A program made the translations under genes and the position numbers. This document shows positions 59,517 to 64,000 of a stretch of 64,000 nt of DNA, piece by piece; position 1 is the first letter of the stretch; each line of letters begins with the position of its first letter. The stretch is from an uncultured Bacteroidales bacterium (GTDB taxonomy: Bacteria > Bacteroidota > Bacteroidia > Bacteroidales > JAADJA01). The stretch lies in assembly GCA_963764475.1 (NCBI GenBank), contig CAVXTE010000102.1:2787-66786 (forward strand), in the 5' to 3' direction. The notes beneath the pieces are model-generated. The model ran no database searches, had not been told where the DNA came from, and worked only from the letters and a program-made list of their open reading frames with translations.

Positions 59517-60060
59517 TCATCGTGTATCATCGGCATCCGTGGGTTCATCCTCCGGGTATTTGGCGAGATTACCGATCCTGATCCCGATGCCGATTACACC
59601 TGTAAATGTATTGTGATCAATTTTAATTCCGTGAACCCTTTCCTGGGGACCGAAGAAAGTATGCCCGATACCTGCATCGATAAAAACCCTTCTCGTTGGC
59701 CCGAAACCGATCATAACACCGGCCATGGCATCGAATGCCTCCATGGTTTCTTCGAAGCTGTGACCAGGTCTTTTCTCGTTTTGTTTTGTATCGAATACAC
59801 CATAGCCGGCATTGAAATAAAACCATTTCCAGCTAATCTGAAACCCGAATTCATAGCCGAACATTCCGTTGGGTGTAAGTCCCAAACCGATCAAACCACC
59901 GGAATTCTTATACCCGATCACTGATCTTTATTCCGAGGATGCCGTAATTCATTCCTGCTCCCGCCCCGATGTTCAGATACGACTCGGGCAATTTTTTTGG
60001 TCCGGCTGAAAATGCAATTGCGGAAATAAGAAGGATAAATGCAGTAAGTACGGTTTTCAT
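59517..60060 (-). pseudogene. Small outer-membrane beta-barrel-like protein, split by a frameshift
   Basis: Signal peptide MKTVLTAFILLISAIAFSA. The first ORF ends ...NYGILGIKISDRV*. The sequence continues in another frame as IGYKNSGGLIGLGL.... The overlap is 59908-59921. Confidence 0.6.
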
Positions 60061-60067
60061 AAACAGA

Positions 60068-60676
60068 TCATTTGAGAAGAACTTTTTCAGTTGTTTCACC
60101 CTGATCCGAACTGATTCTAACGAGGTAAATCCCTTTCGGGTACCCCGTCAGATCGATCGTTTCCGGTTCGATAGCGTTCAGTACCTGTTTTCCATTCAGA
60201 TTGGTAATTGTAACAGCGTATACATCATTTCCTGTGATCTTCAGTTTACCGGTAGTAGGATTTGGTGAGAGACGGACAACGTCCGGGTTTCTTTCGGTGA
60301 TGTTGATTAAAAATCCGAAGCAATAGGCCGAATCCGTATAGCCCGATTCCAAAAGAGTCGAGTTGTAAACTGCATTTACATGAATATAAAAGGGCCCGCC
60401 ATTGTATACAACAAAATCCTCACCGCAGTTTTCACCCCCTTCGGTGTGATAGAGTGAAGTTTCAATTTGAAATTTGTAAAAATCATTGTTACGGTAAACA
60501 TTGTATCCGGCCAGTGTATCCGTTGACGGATCAGGTGGAGTCCAGCTAAGGGTGAAATAATTATTCGGCATTAAATACCAGTGGTCCCATTCCAGGTTAT
60601 TTACCGGATTCAATTGTGAAAATGAGTGCAGGCAGGCGAACAAGCCAACCATCAAGGGGATTGCAAATTTTTTCAT
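60068..60676 (-). CDS. T9SS-secreted protein: FN3-like N-domain plus T9SS C-terminal sorting domain
   Basis: Signal peptide. The C-terminal LSPNPTTGKLKI...IDLTGYPKGIYLVRI... region resembles a T9SS CTD. Confidence 0.7.
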   Translation of the reverse strand: MKKFAIPLMVGLFACLHSFSQLNPVNNLEWDHWYLMPNNYFTLSWTPPDPSTDTLAGYNVYRNNDFYKFQIETSLYHTEGGENCGEDFVVYNGGPFYIHVNAVYNSTLLESGYTDSAYCFGFLINITERNPDVVRLSPNPTTGKLKITGNDVYAVTITNLNGKQVLNAIEPETIDLTGYPKGIYLVRISSDQGETTEKVLLK

Positions 60677-60864
60677 AACATCTTGTTTTTATACCGGATA
60701 ATACCATGACATCTTGAGCATACGTCGATCTTTTGTTTCAATCCGTTTACAGCAATACGTTCAGGCATATCCTGTTGATTTTTTTCATCTTGAGAGAGAG
60801 ACAAAGATAACGAAGAAACAGTGTTTTTCAAACAGAATTTTCGGACAGGATATTTATTTAAAAG

Positions 60865-60900
60865 AAATACAAATAAAGAACCCCGGAAGGCCGGGGTTCG
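60865..60900 (-). terminator. Rho-independent terminator after the PQQ-like propeller gene
   Basis: On the minus strand, GAACCCCGG-CCTT-CCGGGGTTC is followed by a T-rich tract. Confidence 0.7.
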
Positions 60901-60949
60901 GATCAATTATAAGTAAATTTAGCTACGCAGTACGGTGTACTGAGTATCA

Positions 60950-62593
60950 TCATTCTGTACTGAGCTTTGTGATGACTTTATTTTCGTAAACGAATACGTG
61001 CTTGCCGTCGTTGGTAAGTGTAGTACCGGCTCCTTTGCGTGCTTTGAATTCCTTGTACGAACAGTCGGGCAGTTTGAAAGCGGCGATATCGGCTTTATCG
61101 GTCTTCATGATGACGATGTCATTGACACGGTCATCCAGCGAAGACGATTTGTATTTACCGCTGCCGATCAGTTCTCCGTCCTGAGCTTTGAAAGTGGAAA
61201 CGCCTTTTTCACCGATCACCACGATAACGTCATCGCCGTATTTCAGAACCAGGCTTGCCTGTCCCACACCACCTTTGGCTACCGGTACTTCGTATTTTTC
61301 GTTGCCATTGCTTATATCAAGCGAATAGAGTGCTTTCCCGCTGCAAACGATGTGGTATTTATCGAATGAAACAGCATTGGTGATCCCTTTTTTGAAGCGC
61401 TCCGATTCCCAGGCAAGACTTCCGTCGCTTGTATTGAAAGCCTGCACACCGAATGGCTTTACTTCGGGATGGTCGACGACCCAACGATCGACGATCTGGT
61501 CGCCGCTTTTGTAATGCTGGTGAAACTGGGTTTCGACGCGGCCGCCGATCTGCAGGGCAACCTTGTCTCCGACAACCATCATTCCGGGAATGGCCCGGGC
61601 ATCCTTAATTTCCGGGGAGGTCCAGAGAAGTTTACCGGTTTGCATGTCGTATTTCTTTACAAACTGGTTTTTTTTGTTCGACATGTCGAGCACGTAGATA
61701 TCATTTCCGACCTTGTATGGAGTAGCAACAACACCGTAAGCCCCAAAAGTGAGGCAGTTTGCAGGTGCTTTCACGACATTGGGCGTATAATCGAAGGCAG
61801 CGGACCACAGATTGGCGCCGGTGTTGTAATCGTACACCTGTATCCCGTTCATCATGAGGATTACCTTATTATCGACAACATTCAGATCGTAAACAAAATC
61901 TTTTGTGATCACCTTGCGGTCGGCACGGCCGATGTACGTATTTTCCCAGAGGATCTCGCCGTTTTTCATGTTGATTTTCGCGATCTGGTTTTTAAAACCC
62001 GAGAACAAAGCGCCCAATCCGCTGGGGACAAAATTGACCATCACCATCGTGTGGTCGTCTTTGTTGTAAACATATTTGCCAACAACGCCCTTGAACTTTT
62101 CTGTCGACCAGAGTTCTTCCCCGGTTCTTGCCTTGATGAAGACGAGTTCTTTTTTAAGCGAAATGGCAAAGGCATTTTCTTCGGGAATGTAAACCACTAC
62201 CTGTTCGGTTACGTTCTGGTATTTGTCGGTATTCCAGAGCAGGTCGCCGGTCTTCATGTCGATGCAGGCGATCTGGTCGGCACCCATTTTCCGGTCGAAC
62301 AGGAATATGGTATTCGATTCCCAGAAGGCTAGCAGTTCGTCGATCTTGCGCAGCTTTGGCGCGATTTCCTTGAAAGCTTTCGTCCAGATGGTACTGCCGT
62401 CGCTGTTTTTAAATACCGTCAGTTCCTTGTCGGAAGCTGCAAAACTGTATGAATCCGGCTTGTCTGATTTATCAGTGCCATAATAATCGATCTTATGACC
62501 GAGCTTGGTTTCCCATACTGTAGGCATATCGTCCTGTGCCCACACGTACTGAAAGGCAGATGCGATGATAAGAATAATAAGTACTTTTTTCAT
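60950..62593 (-). CDS. Secreted PQQ-like/BamB-like beta-propeller repeat protein
   Basis: 547 aa with a signal peptide. Repeated G..LW(..) blade motifs appear (GDLLWNT, GEELWST, GEILWEN, GANLWSA, GKLLWTS, GSLAWES). Confidence 0.7.
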   Translation of the reverse strand: MKKVLIILIIASAFQYVWAQDDMPTVWETKLGHKIDYYGTDKSDKPDSYSFAASDKELTVFKNSDGSTIWTKAFKEIAPKLRKIDELLAFWESNTIFLFDRKMGADQIACIDMKTGDLLWNTDKYQNVTEQVVVYIPEENAFAISLKKELVFIKARTGEELWSTEKFKGVVGKYVYNKDDHTMVMVNFVPSGLGALFSGFKNQIAKINMKNGEILWENTYIGRADRKVITKDFVYDLNVVDNKVILMMNGIQVYDYNTGANLWSAAFDYTPNVVKAPANCLTFGAYGVVATPYKVGNDIYVLDMSNKKNQFVKKYDMQTGKLLWTSPEIKDARAIPGMMVVGDKVALQIGGRVETQFHQHYKSGDQIVDRWVVDHPEVKPFGVQAFNTSDGSLAWESERFKKGITNAVSFDKYHIVCSGKALYSLDISNGNEKYEVPVAKGGVGQASLVLKYGDDVIVVIGEKGVSTFKAQDGELIGSGKYKSSSLDDRVNDIVIMKTDKADIAAFKLPDCSYKEFKARKGAGTTLTNDGKHVFVYENKVITKLSTE

Positions 62594-62599
62594 GACATA

Positions 62600-62968
62600 T
62601 TAATTAAAATTAAACACATAATTGAATTTGTATTTTTTGCCTTTCGGCATCTTAAATTCGAATTTCATAGCCTTTACAAAATCTTTCAGCTTGTTTTGGG
62701 ACAGAATACTGCCGCCTTCCCGGTTGTTGACGAATACTGTTGCAACGAGCCCTTTTTCATAAAGTGTAATGTCGAAATCATATGTTCCGGTAATCTTATA
62801 TTTTTGTGTAAAAAGGTAAAGATCACCTTCAGGCGGTTGCATCGATACTTCAATTTCGTGGATCGCTTCTTTTACGATATCATCTTTATTCTCTATAAAT
62901 ACCTTTTTCTGGCTGAATACGATGATCGATGTGAAGAAAAACAGCAGGATAAACAGTAAAAATTTCAT
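62600..62968 (-). CDS. Small secreted hypothetical protein
   Basis: 122 aa with a signal peptide. It is sandwiched between the two propeller genes with 3-6 nt gaps. Confidence 0.5.
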   Translation of the reverse strand: MKFLLFILLFFFTSIIVFSQKKVFIENKDDIVKEAIHEIEVSMQPPEGDLYLFTQKYKITGTYDFDITLYEKGLVATVFVNNREGGSILSQNKLKDFVKAMKFEFKMPKGKKYKFNYVFNFN

Positions 62969-62971
62969 AGA

Positions 62972-64000
62972 TTATTCATTTAAATTTAAATTCCATTTTA
63001 TCAGTCGGTTTCCCATCGTCATAATGACTGACTGGTCGTCCGGGAGGAAAACAAATGAACTGCGCGCATCGGCTGCTATTATTTCGCCTTCATTTTTCTC
63101 GAAGAGACGGTATGATTCTTCAAAACGCTTTAGCATCGTGCCTGTATTAAAATCATAAATATGCAGCTCCATATACCGGTTTCCCTTCGATACGATACCA
63201 AACAATTTTCCGTTATGGCTCAGTTTAAAATCTGGTTCATACGGAGCCGTAGAAGTAAACCCCATACGCAGAGGTTCATAATTTGCAGCATCAATCGTTT
63301 CAACATACGTAGTCCTTTGCTGTGCCGATTGGGCTTTAACATGCGGTATCTCCAGCACGAACAGCTTACTGCCATCGGGACTGTATTCGAGACGGTAAAC
63401 AATATCATAAAATTGAGCTACGGTTTTAAGCATATCAAATGTAGCAGCATCGAAAATGCTTACCTGTTGTTTGTATTTCTCTGTTGTTTTTAATAGAGTC
63501 TTGTTTTTTTTGAACCGGGGGTTCTTCTTCAGTGCATCTCCGTCGACATGATGGGATACAGCGATCGATTTGCCGTCAGGACTTACAGCAATGCCATTGG
63601 AAGCCATAGGAACAGAAAAAGATTTATCCATTGAACCGGAAGTCAGGTTCCATAATTCTACGGTTTCGCCTGACAAGGCAAGGATATATTTATCATCTGG
63701 TGTAAACACAACTGCGTGCTTCGCATCGAAATGTTTGATCTTTTTGCCTGAGGAAGATTCAACCACATCAAAAGAAACCTCTTTATCTTTATTCGGAGCC
63801 CAGTCGATCAGGTTTGTTTGCTGAAGAACCATGTATTTTCCAGCGGGAGAATACCGGACTATCGATCCGGCAACTGTCATATCGCCGACGTCCAGTTCAG
63901 CCGTGATCTCTCTTTTCTCCCAATCGTAAAGGATAAGCGGATTTTTCTGAACACTACTTATGGCAATTGTTTTCTGGTCAGGAGATAGGTCGAGGCCTAC
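62972..64000 (-). CDS. WD40/TolB-like beta-propeller protein (5' end outside the window)
   Basis: The reading frame stays open from 63880 to the window edge (...GLDLSPDQKTIAISS...). SPDGK/SPAGK blade motifs repeat. Confidence 0.65.
   Translation of the reverse strand, partial: VGLDLSPDQKTIAISSVQKNPLILYDWEKREITAELDVGDMTVAGSIVRYSPAGKYMVLQQTNLIDWAPNKDKEVSFDVVESSSGKKIKHFDAKHAVVFTPDDKYILALSGETVELWNLTSGSMDKSFSVPMASNGIAVSPDGKSIAVSHHVDGDALKKNPRFKKNKTLLKTTEKYKQQVSIFDAATFDMLKTVAQFYDIVYRLEYSPDGSKLFVLEIPHVKAQSAQQRTTYVETIDAANYEPLRMGFTSTAPYEPDFKLSHNGKLFGIVSKGNRYMELHIYDFNTGTMLKRFEESYRLFEKNEGEIIAADARSSFVFLPDDQSVIMTMGNRLIKWNLNLNE

Noticed and set aside
60673-60906. 77-aa minus-strand ORF between the propeller gene and the T9SS-cargo gene
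   Set aside because: It spans the rho-independent terminator at 60865-60900 and the following promoter region, and its composition is not protein-like.
61469-62332. 287-aa ORF antisense to the PQQ-like propeller gene
   Set aside because: The sense strand has a signal peptide and clear repeated blade motifs. The antisense frame is open because of the locally elevated GC and codon bias.

Overview
This 64 kb window reads as a Bacteroidota chromosomal segment. The evidence is T9SS C-terminal sorting domains, TonB-dependent receptors, lipoprotein-rich surface loci, and TAnnTTTG -7 promoter boxes about 27-30 nt upstream of several start codons. All calls come from reading the translations and sequence; no database search was run, so family names rest on recalled motifs.

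Core content:
- A cobalamin riboswitch, a BtuB-like receptor and a beta-propeller lipoprotein (B12 capture locus).
- pruA, tRNA-Leu(UAG), tig-clpP-clpX, pcm and a UvrD/PcrA-type helicase.
- A selenium operon: selU, a NifS-SelD fusion, and a small His-rich membrane protein.
- mprF, a sodium:solute symporter and a TPR-adenylate cyclase.
- A roughly 1630-aa T9SS-secreted S8 peptidase carrying an unusual ATALVN repeat array.

I did not find a recognisable defence system, CRISPR array, intact mobile element or biosynthetic cluster.

The most unexplained material is non-coding or accessory:
1. A 42-bp tandem array carrying CTTCCG-N4-CGGAAG palindromes. It lies in a 1 kb gene-free stretch beside an IS1182-type transposase relic.
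2. A 58-nt module present twice (22045-22102 and 59381-59438). Each copy sits 10-11 nt upstream of an ATGAA start and heads a markedly low-GC minus-strand gene islet.
3. Several families of uncharacterised secreted or lipoprotein paralogs.
4. Five genes split by frameshifts (DoxX, S8 peptidase, a lipoprotein signal peptide, a P-type ATPase at an A8 run, and a small OMP). This points to assembly indel errors, gene decay or phase variation.
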